DNA of 64,000 bases, taken from positions 1,511 through 65,510 of the forward strand of contig CACYYO010000002.1 in NCBI GenBank assembly GCA_902778645.1, given 5' to 3'. Of the stretch, positions 9,800 to 20,600 are shown in pieces. Positions within the stretch are counted from its first letter, which is position 1. Every line of letters begins with the position of its first letter. This DNA comes from an uncultured Rhodospirillales bacterium. GTDB lineage: Bacteria > Pseudomonadota > Alphaproteobacteria > RF32 > CAG-239. Made by a program: the position numbers and the translations under genes. A model generated the notes under the pieces. It was not told the DNA's origin and ran no database searches. It saw nothing but the letters and a program-made list of their open reading frames with translations.

Positions 9800-11203
9800 T
9801 TACAAAGAAAGGTGATTCTTTTTCTTATCGAGAACGGATTGAAGTATCTTATTTGTTTCCGTTCGATCAATGAGCTCAATAATTTCGAGTTCTTTTCTAT
9901 CTAACGGACGGTTGATTCCGATGGCGTCATAAAAAGATTTGCTTTGTTGGTAAAATTCTCCGGCTTGAATGCTGTCACCATTAGCATAGAAATACTGAGA
10001 GAGGACTTTACGTGCATTTGCCTCTTGCGGCTGATAAGATGTTTGGTTACTTAATTTCAGAACATTTCGGTATGCCCAATTAGCTTTATCTTCAAAACCT
10101 AATTGTTTATATAAATCCGCACACCTGCTCCAGGCAACAGGATTATCCGGATTCATTTCTACCGCCAATTCAAAAGAAGCGGAAGCCAGATTAATATCGT
10201 TTATTTCCGCGAGGGTGCCGAAATAACAGGCGTAATCAGACGCTTGTTTAAAAAGAGCATTCCTTTGGACCATATTTTTTGTAGAGACGGCTTGTGTGAT
10301 TTTATCATCCATTAAGGCCTCGAGAAGAGCCATTGCGTAAGAGGTGTCTCCTGAAATTAATCTTAAAATACAATCCTCATCAGAGGGCAAATCTTTTAAC
10401 TTTCGTACGCGATCAAAGGCATTTTGAGAGCACAGACTTAAAAATTCTTTGATAGAATGAACGGTTTGTAAAATGGATTCTTCAGATAAATCTTCTTTAC
10501 AGCGATACATAAGGGCTTGAGCAATCTTAAGTTCATCAACGTGTCGCCCGATCATATTAACAATCATACTGATAAGATTTTGCAAATTTTTTCTCAAATC
10601 GATGGCTTGCGGAGAAGAAGAGGAAGACAGAGAGGGTGAAACCTGTTGATTTTTTCGAAAGTTTTTCCAATCCAAATCAACCAGGGGACTTTCCTTAATC
10701 TTTTTAGGGAAGTCGTGATAGTCTTCGACACGGGAAACGTTTATCTCCTGAAAAAGAGCAGACGCTTTTTCACTTAAGGGCTCTTTGACAGAAGCTTTTT
10801 CAGGGATCTCTTGCGATTTGCTTAATTCGTTTTCCAACTCTGTTTCCAAAGCCTCTTCAAAAGCAGGATCTTCAGAATCATCCGTCTCAGAAGCATCCTC
10901 TGCACGAGGGGCGGAGGAATTTCTAGCGGAGGGGTTTCTTCTGAAAAAAAACGAGAACAGACGGAAAACACAAAATAAACCAATAAAAAAGAGTGTGACA
11001 ACAAAAATTGCTACAAACATAAAAGCTATGGTATGCACGGCATGAGAAGAACTAAGAAACGATTCAATGGCAGTCACTAAAGAACTAAACCAATCAATAG
11101 GTTTATTAAAAATATCAGAAATAAAATCAGAATTTTGAAACTGACTTGTCATAACTTTAAAGGCACCATTTACAAATAATAAAATAGCGGCTAGAATAAC
11201 CAC
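9800..11203 (-). CDS. Membrane-anchored protein with an acidic linker and C-terminal TPR-like repeats
   Basis: N-terminal TM helices, an acidic segment (EDASETDDSEDPAFEEALETELENE) and a C-terminal TPR-like region (..AVEMNPDNPVAWSRCADLYKQLGFEDKANWAYRNVLKL..). Confidence 0.5.
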   Translation of the reverse strand: MVILAAILLFVNGAFKVMTSQFQNSDFISDIFNKPIDWFSSLVTAIESFLSSSHAVHTIAFMFVAIFVVTLFFIGLFCVFRLFSFFFRRNPSARNSSAPRAEDASETDDSEDPAFEEALETELENELSKSQEIPEKASVKEPLSEKASALFQEINVSRVEDYHDFPKKIKESPLVDLDWKNFRKNQQVSPSLSSSSSPQAIDLRKNLQNLISMIVNMIGRHVDELKIAQALMYRCKEDLSEESILQTVHSIKEFLSLCSQNAFDRVRKLKDLPSDEDCILRLISGDTSYAMALLEALMDDKITQAVSTKNMVQRNALFKQASDYACYFGTLAEINDINLASASFELAVEMNPDNPVAWSRCADLYKQLGFEDKANWAYRNVLKLSNQTSYQPQEANARKVLSQYFYANGDSIQAGEFYQQSKSFYDAIGINRPLDRKELEIIELIDRTETNKILQSVLDKKKNHLSL

Positions 11204-11283
11204 ATAAAAAACATTATAGTCTGAACTTTTTAAAATACAATAGAGACGTAAAATCTTTTGTATTTTTTATGAAAAGATAAAAT

Positions 11284-12198
11284 ATGGGGTATTTAAGTCA
11301 AAAAAAGAAACTGGCAAACAACAGAGAATTATTAACAGTTTCATTATGGATAGAGTTAATTTGCTGCACTGTTTTGCTGTTTTTTAGAGAAAGTACGGTT
11401 GCTTCATTTATCAGCAACTATGCTTTTCAGCTATATATATATGCTTTGATTGTTTTGGCTTTTGCTGTCATAAACAGATTTTATTGGCAGTCCGGAGGCT
11501 TATTACTGGGTGTTTTCATTTTGTTTTTGATTATAGGACAAGGTGGGGACGTATTTTTCACCACCGAGCCGATGGGCCTGCAAGAACTGAAAGTTATGTA
11601 CCAATCCGATGTTGCATCACTATCGGAAAGTGAAAAAAAAGTTAGCAAAACCCAAACAGATATTGCCGGAATTATTCAATCGCTGAACAAAAACACCACA
11701 TGGCAAACGCCTCGGACTGCCCTGAATCTGTCATCACGTGCAGATGATAAAAATCTGATTATGACACCACACCCGATTATTCGCTCGGGAGAAGTTTTGC
11801 TTTCAGAAAAAAACAGAGCCGGATTTGCAGAACTAAAAATAAATAATATGGAACAAATAATTTTTATAACGCTCGATTTTTCAAAAACAACCCGACAAGA
11901 ACAAAACGTTGCCCTGAATAATTTGGCAGAATTCATCAATATGCAGGATTCTCCGGTAATTGTTTTCGGAGACTTCGGGCAAGAAGCCTGGTCAAAAAAC
12001 TTTTTGGCGTTCAAGGATAAAACAGGACTTGAAGTCAAAAATAAAATTCTTTTGAAAAAGATGAAATGCGGCTATAATCCCTTTTCTATACCAAGCATTA
12101 ATCTCTTGGCCTACAAAGATTTCGGGGTAAAGGAAATGGCCTTTTTATCAAGCAGAGAAAATCCGCACCAGCCGCTGATAATGACTCTTAATTACTAA
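11284..12198 (+). CDS. Membrane-anchored endonuclease/exonuclease/phosphatase (EEP) family-like protein
   Basis: Four N-terminal TM helices. The C-terminal region has EEP-like motifs: VIVFGDFGQEAW (resembling the GDFN motif) and a terminal ENPHQPLIMTL (resembling SDHxP). Confidence 0.45.
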   Translation: MGYLSQKKKLANNRELLTVSLWIELICCTVLLFFRESTVASFISNYAFQLYIYALIVLAFAVINRFYWQSGGLLLGVFILFLIIGQGGDVFFTTEPMGLQELKVMYQSDVASLSESEKKVSKTQTDIAGIIQSLNKNTTWQTPRTALNLSSRADDKNLIMTPHPIIRSGEVLLSEKNRAGFAELKINNMEQIIFITLDFSKTTRQEQNVALNNLAEFINMQDSPVIVFGDFGQEAWSKNFLAFKDKTGLEVKNKILLKKMKCGYNPFSIPSINLLAYKDFGVKEMAFLSSRENPHQPLIMTLNY

Positions 12199-13651
12199 GA
12201 AAACGAAGATATTTTTGCAATTGCGCGGAGAGGTCATCATCTTCGGTTTCTTTTGCGAAGTCGAGGGCTGTCTGTATATTTTTTCTTGCCGTTTCTTTTT
12301 GACCGCACCGAAACTCAACTAATCCCATGTTTGCATAATCAATGGCAAGGGCATTAAGGCGTACGCCTCTTTGTTCCAAATCAAGAGATTGCTGGAACAG
12401 CCCTTTTGCCCTCTGTAAATCTTTCTGCCGCATATAAAGAATACCGAGCAGGTTATAGGCATTTGCTAGGTGAAAACAACCGCAATCTTTTTGCCCGTTG
12501 GTAATAATCTGGCGCAAAATCTTCTCTGTCTCAGTATCATTGCCAAGCCTGAATAAGGATTGAGCTTGCAGATATAAACTATCCAAAAATCCGGAGATAT
12601 TGTCTGTTTTTTTGTAAAGGGAGGAGGCTTGCAAAGCTTTTTGGGCGGCTTTTGCAAAAACTTCCTGAGCCCAAAAGCAATTTGCCTCCAGTTCGGTAGC
12701 AAAAGCGATTCCGACAGTATTTTTATATTGAGAATGAATTTTTTTAGCTTGTCGCAAAGCGTTCGTTGCTTTTTTGTAATCTTTTTTCAGCAAAGACAGA
12801 AGAGCTTGTTGGTTAAAAATCTCTGCCAACGGAACAAAGCGTTGATTGTCTCTAAAAATCTGAGCAGAACGACAAAGATAATCTTCTGCCTCTTCAAAAC
12901 GTTCTTCACCGATCATCAAAATTCCCAAATGACCTAAAGTTTGCGCTTCACCATCACTATATTTGAGGTTTCGGTAGATTTTCAAGGCGCTTAAAAACAA
13001 AGTTTCCGCCACATCACCCATAAAACTGATTCTATATATTGTTCCCAAATGCAAATAAGTTTGCGCTTCTTCATAGAAACATTTTTGCCGATGGAGCAGA
13101 GCTGCAACGTCATAAAATTGGCGAGAAGCATACTCCAAATCTCCGTTTTTGAGGGCAACCTTACCCAAATGCAGAAGATAATGAGCCCGAAGATATGGAG
13201 AAAGATTTTTCTCTGATACCTTATCCCAAAACAAAGAGGCAAGAGAGGTGTTTTCAGTAACCTCATGGAGCCAAGCAAGCCAAACAGCCAATTCGGAGTT
13301 TTTTGGATTCTTTTTATACAATTTTGTGAGTGAAGGAATAACCTTACCGGGTGCATCAAAAGCTTTCAACAACAAAGAAAGGGATTTTCTGCTTTTTTTT
13401 AAGAGAGCGGAGACTTGCTGTATATTCGCTGACAAAAGAGCAGATTCAAGTTTTTTTGATCGTTGCCGTAAAGCACATTTAATTGATTCCCTGACAACAT
13501 ATTCTGAGAAAAAGAGAGGATGATTGGCAGCAATTTTCCGCAAAGTATGTTTGCAAAAAAAATCAAACTTCAGACGTCGCATAAAAAGCGGAAAAATAAA
13601 AATAATTCCGCAAAGCGATAAAAAAACAATGATGTAAAAAAGATAATTCAT
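12188..13651 (-). CDS. TPR repeat protein with an N-terminal TM anchor
   Basis: 487 aa. Multiple TPR-like units (..AQTYLHLGTIYRISFMGDVAETLFLSALKIYRNL.., ..ANAYNLLGILYMRQKDLQRAKGLFQQSLDLEQ..). Confidence 0.65.
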   Translation of the reverse strand: MNYLFYIIVFLSLCGIIFIFPLFMRRLKFDFFCKHTLRKIAANHPLFFSEYVVRESIKCALRQRSKKLESALLSANIQQVSALLKKSRKSLSLLLKAFDAPGKVIPSLTKLYKKNPKNSELAVWLAWLHEVTENTSLASLFWDKVSEKNLSPYLRAHYLLHLGKVALKNGDLEYASRQFYDVAALLHRQKCFYEEAQTYLHLGTIYRISFMGDVAETLFLSALKIYRNLKYSDGEAQTLGHLGILMIGEERFEEAEDYLCRSAQIFRDNQRFVPLAEIFNQQALLSLLKKDYKKATNALRQAKKIHSQYKNTVGIAFATELEANCFWAQEVFAKAAQKALQASSLYKKTDNISGFLDSLYLQAQSLFRLGNDTETEKILRQIITNGQKDCGCFHLANAYNLLGILYMRQKDLQRAKGLFQQSLDLEQRGVRLNALAIDYANMGLVEFRCGQKETARKNIQTALDFAKETEDDDLSAQLQKYLRFLSN

Positions 13652-13735
13652 AAATTCTTTAACGCTAAATTAGTTTTTCAGCGCTTATATTAACATAGCA
13701 TACAGAAATTTCAAGTATAAGGGGGTAATAAACCA

Positions 13736-16174
13736 ATGAGTATCACAAAATTAAAAAGTTCAGAACTGTACCGTGTTTGCGATCCGAAAAAATTCGATTT
13801 CAGCAGTACCGCCGACTTGGAAGAAAGAATGTCCGCTCTTGGGCAAGATAGAGCCATCAGTGCGGTGGAATTAGGCATCAATATCAAATCAAAGGGCTAC
13901 AATTTATTCTGCTTAGGCCCTGAGGGAACAGGCAAAACCAGCCTTGTTAAAAGGATTCTCGAAAAAGAGGCAAAAGAGCGTCCCACCCCTGATGATTGGG
14001 CATATGTATACAATTTTGATGAACCCTATAAACCAAAGGCAATCAGTTTTCCTGCCGGAACGGCGACGGAATTTGCCAAAGACATTGATAAATTGATTGA
14101 TGAATTTTCAACCGCGATTCCGAGTATTTTAGAGAGTGAGGAATACAAAGCGGCAGAAAGCATCATTAAAGAGAAATTCAAGCAGAAAAAAGAAGAATAT
14201 ATTAAGATTCTGCAAAAGAAAGCAAAAGGCAAAAGTGTCTCGATTCTGCAAATGCAGGTTGGCTTGGTTGTTGCCCCGATGAAGAATGGTGAGGTCTTGT
14301 CTCCGGAAGCTTTTGATGAGTTGCCTGAAGATGAAAAGAAAGCACTGATTGATGATCTCAACGCCATGCAGCAGGAAATTGAAAATACGGCCAACGATAT
14401 GCCGTCATGGGAAGAAAAACAACGCGAAGAAACGAAGACATTGCGTGAGAAATTTATTAAGTTAACCGTCAAAAAACCGATTGATGATCTCAAAAAGAAG
14501 TACAAAGCAGATAAAGGCGCGGTTGACTTTTTGAAAAACGTGCAAAAACACATTATTGACAATATTGATGAGTTTGTCCCCTGTCAGGAACAGCAAAATC
14601 AGTCAGCCGGAGAAGATGACCCGTTGGGGATGCTTTTGAGCCGTATGAACAAACCGGACGAAGACAAATTTTCAAAGCTGAAAGTAAATGTCATTGTCAA
14701 AAACGAAAAAGACAGCGGTGCGCCGATAGTTATTCTTGACCACCCGACACAAAGCAATTTGGTCGGACGTGTTGAGCGTATCCAACAATTAGGCGCTTTG
14801 GTAACGGACTTTACCTTGATTAAGGCCGGTGCTTTGCATCGTGCAAATGGCGGATTCCTGCTCATGGATGCGCGTAAATTATTAGTTCAGCCCTATTCTT
14901 GGGATTCGCTAAAACGTGCCTTGTCATCCAAAAGTGTCAAAATTGATTCGCCGGCAGATGAAAGTACTTTTATGACAATTACGCTCGATCCGGAGCCGAT
15001 TCCTTTAGATGTAAAAATTATTTTAACCGGAGATGAAGAGCTTTTTGAATTACTGTCAGAGAAAGATCCTGATTTCCGTGATTACTTTAAGGTAGAGGCA
15101 GATTTCGGTATTTTAATGGATAGAACCGAAGAAAACGAACAAGAATATGCCAAACTTATCGGATCATTATCGAAGAAAAAACGGATTCGTTCACTTAACA
15201 AGCAGGCGGTGGCAAGAATTATCGAATATTCTTCACGCTTAGCGGAGGATTCGGAGAAACTTTCGGCCCATATTACATCGATTGGAGATTTGCTGCGCGA
15301 GGCTGACTATTGGGCACGCAAATCTAACTCTAAACAAATCGGTAAAAATCATATTGAGCAAGCAATCAATGAGCAGATTTACCGCTCCGGCCGCATTAAA
15401 GAGGCGATGCTTGAGCAAATTGATAAAGGCACGATAATGATTGATGTGACCGGCAAACGTGTTGGTCAAATCAATGGTCTGGTCGTCTACAATTTCTCCC
15501 AAAATTCATTTGGTAAGCCGTCTCGTATCACGACACAAGTTCGTATGGGTAAGGGCGAGTTTATTAATATTGAGAGAGAAATTGAGTTGAGCGGACCGAT
15601 TCACACCAAAGGTGTCTTAATCTTATCATCACTGTTGGCAAACAGATTTGCCAAAGAATCACCCCTGTCTTTGTCTGCATCAATCGTGTTTGAGCAATCT
15701 TATGGCGGGGTTGACGGGGACAGTGCCTCTTCAACGGAATACTATTGCCTATTATCGGCCATTTCAAATATTCCGATTAAGCAAAGTATTGCTGTGACCG
15801 GCTCGGTTAACCAGTTTGGAGAAATTCAGCCCATCGGCGGTGCGAATGAAAAGATCGAAGGATTCTTTGATGTTTGTAAGCACCGTGGCTTAACTGGTGA
15901 CCAAGGCGTCATTATTCCGAGAACCAACATCACCTCTCTAATGTTGCGGGAGGATATTCTCCAGGCCGTTGATGAGGGAAAATTCCATATTTATGCGGTT
16001 GATACGGTTGATGATGGTATTGAAATCTTGACCGGTATGCCGGCAGGCAAACCAAACGCCAAGGGTGATTACCCGCGCGGAACGGTTAATTATGAGGTCA
16101 AGAAAGGCTTAGAGCACTACTACAAACGCTATGCATACTATGCTCGTGACACTCATGGTTGCTTAGGGAAATAA
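13736..16174 (+). CDS. Lon-like ATP-dependent protease (AAA_32 + Lon_C architecture, COG1067 / YcbZ-LonB-like)
   Basis: Walker A motif GPEGTGKTSLVKRIL. The C-terminal Lon proteolytic domain has a Ser-Lys dyad context (..GVDGDSASSTEYYCLLSAISNIPIKQSIAVTGSVNQFGEIQPIGGANEKIEGFF..). Confidence 0.85.
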   Translation: MSITKLKSSELYRVCDPKKFDFSSTADLEERMSALGQDRAISAVELGINIKSKGYNLFCLGPEGTGKTSLVKRILEKEAKERPTPDDWAYVYNFDEPYKPKAISFPAGTATEFAKDIDKLIDEFSTAIPSILESEEYKAAESIIKEKFKQKKEEYIKILQKKAKGKSVSILQMQVGLVVAPMKNGEVLSPEAFDELPEDEKKALIDDLNAMQQEIENTANDMPSWEEKQREETKTLREKFIKLTVKKPIDDLKKKYKADKGAVDFLKNVQKHIIDNIDEFVPCQEQQNQSAGEDDPLGMLLSRMNKPDEDKFSKLKVNVIVKNEKDSGAPIVILDHPTQSNLVGRVERIQQLGALVTDFTLIKAGALHRANGGFLLMDARKLLVQPYSWDSLKRALSSKSVKIDSPADESTFMTITLDPEPIPLDVKIILTGDEELFELLSEKDPDFRDYFKVEADFGILMDRTEENEQEYAKLIGSLSKKKRIRSLNKQAVARIIEYSSRLAEDSEKLSAHITSIGDLLREADYWARKSNSKQIGKNHIEQAINEQIYRSGRIKEAMLEQIDKGTIMIDVTGKRVGQINGLVVYNFSQNSFGKPSRITTQVRMGKGEFINIEREIELSGPIHTKGVLILSSLLANRFAKESPLSLSASIVFEQSYGGVDGDSASSTEYYCLLSAISNIPIKQSIAVTGSVNQFGEIQPIGGANEKIEGFFDVCKHRGLTGDQGVIIPRTNITSLMLREDILQAVDEGKFHIYAVDTVDDGIEILTGMPAGKPNAKGDYPRGTVNYEVKKGLEHYYKRYAYYARDTHGCLGK

Positions 16175-16439
16175 ACAGGGTGAATTTACCTGCCAAGAGG
16201 CTGTTCAAGATAAGACAAAGAGCGGACTGTCTATTGGGAACAGAGCAAAAAATGAGCTGACAAATACAAAAAACATAGGCATAGTAGGTGACTATAAAAT
16301 AGAAACGCCGTATATCAACCAATTTATGGCAGAACAGGCAGAAATGATAAGCAGAAAGTTCAATAATAGTGCTGTTGAGAAGAAAATTGATGCAGGGAAT
16401 TTAAGAATAAACCTTATTAAATAAGGTGAGGAAGACACG

Positions 16440-16850
16440 GTGGCAACCTTTTTTTGTTGCTGCCGTGCCTTCATTCATCGGTCACGCGGCACTTCTTTTT
16501 TATTATTGCCATCCCGACCCTACTTTTGTCACTCCGGTGCTTGACACCGGAAACGAAGTGAGCAAGCTGCTTTAGCTGTCGCGCTCCATCCACAGGAATA
16601 AAGCCATATCCCTATGGATACCCGAATCAAGTTCGGGTATGACAGAAAGAGGAGTTCCTTATTATCCCTCCCCTGCATGAGGGGAGGTTAGGAGGGGTAT
16701 TATCCTCCCGACCGAAGCGGAGGGATCTGCGCACGACCTCTCCCCCCAACCTTGTCTTTGTCACCACTCTCAGAACTCTCGACTGCGCTCGAGGTGACAC
16801 CCGTTCTCCCCAAAAAAGAATTGTAACAATTTTATGAATATTAACCAATA
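16440..16850. repeat. Cluster of short palindromic repeat elements. It holds family C (ccacag..aagccatatccctatggatacccgaatcaagttcgggtatgaca) and family A (cctcccctgcatgaggggaggttaggaggggt).
   Basis: Segment 16578-16645 is near-identical to 21001-21060. Segment 16665-16725 shares the CCTCCCCT-N-AGGGGAGG-ttRGgaggggt palindrome with 32351-32391 and 33642-33685. No ORF is supported in this region. Confidence 0.6.
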
Positions 16851-16940
16851 ATTATCGATTCCTGACTTAAGATATATTCACTTAAGTGGAAAAATATGCT
16901 ATACTGAGCAGAATGTTACGGTAGCAAACGAGACTAAAAA

Positions 16941-17588
16941 ATGTACATTTGGATGATATTAGCGACTTTTATGGTGATGCTGGCGGCATATAATTTATCG
17001 CCACGTGCAGATATTGCACATGTCCAAAATGCCCCTCAGGCGGAGGCAGCAATCACCAGGTTTTTGGCTTGGCACAAAGGAGCGGAAAAATACGCCATAG
17101 CTTATAAAGGTGCTTTATCAGAATCAGAATCACTAGGATGTGCTGTGCTCAATGATTACCTGCCGATGGGCTACATCTGTGTGGATAACGAATCTTCCTC
17201 AACAATCTATTACTTAAACCCGGCAACAGGAGAATCTCCTGAAGAAGGTGTTCTTGGTAAATACTTTGTTGTTTCATACCAGCATGTTCCTGACAAATGG
17301 TTGAATGTTGCGACCAATAAAATTTTAGGTGATTTTTACCATGCATTAGCCAGTCGTGTTCCGGCGGGGGTAACTTGCGGGATAATGGTTGCGGAAAATG
17401 AAGAGTTTTTATCCAATTGCGAAGAAACCCCAAAAAAAGACCGCGATAATAAACTATGTAGCAATTACGTTGTTGAGGGGGCGACGGCGCTGGATAAATC
17501 CATTCCACCGAAAGCTATTAGTGATTTGGAAGATGAATGCACTGATTCAGACAAAGCTCCATGTATTGTTTGTGTAAAAAAGATCTGA
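16941..17588 (+). CDS. Hypothetical membrane-anchored Cys-containing protein, co-oriented with the downstream prepilin-like giant gene
   Basis: 215 aa with an N-terminal hydrophobic helix MYIWMILATFMVMLAAYNL. Its stop lies 14 nt before the next gene's start. Confidence 0.5.
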   Translation: MYIWMILATFMVMLAAYNLSPRADIAHVQNAPQAEAAITRFLAWHKGAEKYAIAYKGALSESESLGCAVLNDYLPMGYICVDNESSSTIYYLNPATGESPEEGVLGKYFVVSYQHVPDKWLNVATNKILGDFYHALASRVPAGVTCGIMVAENEEFLSNCEETPKKDRDNKLCSNYVVEGATALDKSIPPKAISDLEDECTDSDKAPCIVCVKKI

Positions 17589-17602
17589 TAGGAGGACGAG
17601 CC

Positions 17603-20600
17603 ATGAGGAAAATAAACAGCAAATCCGAATTAGGTAGTATGATGATTGAGGCGATAGCCATGCTGGGCTTGATTGCCATGGTCACCCCTGTCCTCTACAA
17701 AAAATCAGCGGAGCGAACCTCAGAGTTGCAGGATATCAACACTGCCGGAGAAATTCGTTCGATTATCAAGGCGGTTGATGACTACGTTGGCGCCAATTAT
17801 AACAAAATTGTCGGAAAAGGAGATGGAAACGAAGATCGGACAGTCACAACCGGATGTACCGGAAAGACGGAAATTAACGGAAGTGATGTGGAACATAACG
17901 AGATAACATATGATATGGGTGATGGTGATTATAAAGAGATTCCTCTGGGACACCTTTGTCAGTTTCTCCCTTATGGTGTCTTGGATGGGGAAAACCACGT
18001 AAGAGCCTCAAAGTTATTCTCAAACTACAAAATTGTCTTAAAACAGAAAGGAGAAGTAACAGAGGACGATCCTAAAGCCCGACCGGTTATAACCTCTTTT
18101 GTGGTGACCGATCCGTACAATGAATTACCGATTCTCCGTGCTTCAAGCATATCTTCTATGATTGGTGGTAATGGTGGTTATGTTACAGAAAAACCGGATA
18201 AAAGCCTTGAAATAAGCGGTAATATGGGCATATGGGGCGTCGATAAACCTCAAGAGGAGCTTGGTGTCGAGGTTAAAAAGCATGCAATTGTTGCCGCCTC
18301 TATAGAGGGAATTTCTTCCCAAACCGCCACAGTCGAGGCTGGTGAGGATGACAGTGATAACTTCTTATATCGTACACCTCAAGAGGATAAAGAGTTAAAT
18401 ACGATGAGCACGACTCTTTTCATGGGGAGCACGGGTGAGGGTGGTGAGCTCCACGATATCGTCAATATCAAAGGTTTAGCTGTCGGGGCTGAGGACACGG
18501 GCAACCACGCGCTTTATATCGCCGGCGGGGACATCCAGATTGGTAACGATGCCGCCGTAAATATCAGTGATAGCGGTGATATCACGGTGACGGGCAACAT
18601 TAAGGCTGACGGAACTTTAGACATAGGTGGTACCGCAACTTTCGGCTCGAATGATGAAATTACATTAGCTGATGGCGACGGTACATTTACTGGTGCTTTA
18701 TCAGCGCTAACCGGTGATTTTGGCGGTGCTGTCACCATCAATGCAGGTGAAGGAGAAGTTAAAAAAACCACCATCAACCAACCGCTGGAGGTGGTGTTCG
18801 AAGATCAAAACGGAACAAAATGTATTTCTGTGGGCGATAACGACTGTGCTCTTAAGGTAACCGGTGGAGCCTCTATCAGCGGCAACCTGCATGTCGGACA
18901 TATTTTCAACGCTGAAGATTTACATGCACGGAATACATTAACTGTCGGTGGAAACGCTGCAAATAAGGGAAAATATTTGAGAGTTGCAGAAGGCGAATTT
19001 AAATTTGGTAATTTAGGAGAGAATGAAACCGGTACACCCACCATCTCAGCCACCAACACAACCTTTGATGTCACAGCCTCCGGTAATGATGGTCATGCGA
19101 CCCTCACACATGGCAATAACAGCCTCAATGTCAACGCTTCCGGTGTCACCATGACCGGTGGTTCTGGGAGTGGCAGCGATGCAGTAAGCGCCACTATCAC
19201 TGCCAGTGCTGCAGGAAATGTCAGTATAAACTCTGACGCTGGCAAAACCATTAAAATGAACACCGATGACTTCGTCGTAACAAATACCACCGATGGTGGC
19301 ACGATTACATCTGACGTAAACAGTTTCAAAGTCCGCCCGACGAACACAACTGGCACGAGTACCAATGGTTATTTTGAAATCAAACATAATGGCACAGCGG
19401 ATGGTAATTATAATGAGCATATGGTTGTTGATAAAATGGACACTTATTTTACAGGAACAAATGCAGCTAAATCTAATGTCTACCTCCGCGATTCGGTCTT
19501 CAAACTGCAAAATAGCGACAACAATGACGTCGTTCGTATTGGGCAAACAGCAGATTCTAATGCGCAAATCGACATCTCCGGTGAAGGCGTAACTATGGCT
19601 GATGCCCCGAATGGCAATAAAGTCTTACGTGTTAATTTGTCTTCTTCTCTGGCTGCACATGATACTAGCTATCCCATCTATATCCGCAAAGGTGCCATTG
19701 AGATGACAGCAGGTGAAAATGAGCCGAGACCCTACATCCAAACTGAAAAACTTATTTCTACCAAAACGGTTCCTGATTTGCTGGATGATAATGGAGGGCA
19801 TTCTGGTGCGGGAATTCACTACGCTGTCGACCCGGCATATACATCCATCATGCATGATATCAAACTCACCACGCGTGGCGGTGCTCGCCTGAGCGATATT
19901 TTGCCTGATTTTATCAACAAAGGTATCTATGTCGTCGACAACACCGCCCCAGCCTTAGGAGTAGATTGCTCAATAGATGGGGAGACATCACACGGGAGAT
20001 GGCTCGACAACAAGAGCGATAGCAATCCAGGATATTTTAACATGTCTGTAGCAGATAAACTTGCCGTAATTCCTTGCGTAGCGGCGGATAAAAAAGTGAG
20101 CCCATGGGCGGGGTATGTTCCGATTCCAACGTGTCCGCACGGATATTCGGCGGTTATAACGGTCGGTTTAGCCAATGCCGCTATGGCACAGGGCGGTCAT
20201 CTAGCTCCAAAGACTAAGTGGGGAGGGAGTGGAAACACTCTTGAGGATTTAAAAGAAGCACCGGATAGTAACAGTGGCGCTTATAGCGGGTCAACCACAA
20301 GCCCCGAAGATATTGCTCCGGGGAATCCAGGGGCTCCGTACGCCCTGTATAATCAAAAGAATACATGGCTGAAATCAAGTATTCACTTATACCCGACAGC
20401 AGCAGAACCTCAGGGTTGGGATGTCTTGCTGGGATTTGTCTACCCATATGAATGGTATAAAAGCTTTATACCCCAAGCAGGAAGGAATCTTGATTATTTT
20501 GATTACCAAGGAGAAGATGACGTCTCTATCGGTTCAGAAACAGGATTTAATGATCAACTGATTTGGAATATGTTCCCGGTCTATACCAAAACCATTGAGA

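Noticed and set aside
14026-14562. 178-aa antisense ORF inside the Lon-like gene, and similar antisense or overlapping ORFs (2384-2605, 3485-3667, 3947-4822 set, 19046-19567, 23357-23742, 25330-25859, 29194-29927, 31430-31937, 36300-37084, 37958-38362, 41206-41685, 44205-44882, 57765-58246)
   Set aside because: All lie within or antisense to well-supported genes and have no independent signals. They are typical spurious six-frame ORFs.
13736-16174. Considered whether the Lon-like protease is BrxL of a BREX defence system
   Set aside because: No PglX-like methyltransferase, PglZ phosphatase, BrxA/B/C or other large defence genes are in the surrounding 10 kb. The neighbours are TPR and EEP proteins. 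A standalone YcbZ/LonB-type Lon homolog is the simpler reading.
16326-16424. 32-codon ORF (MAEQAEMISRKFNNSAVEKKIDAGNLRINLIK) downstream of the Lon-like gene, followed by hairpins
   Set aside because: No RBS. It is too short and low-complexity to support as a gene from sequence alone. It is mentioned only as context in the Lon-like finding.
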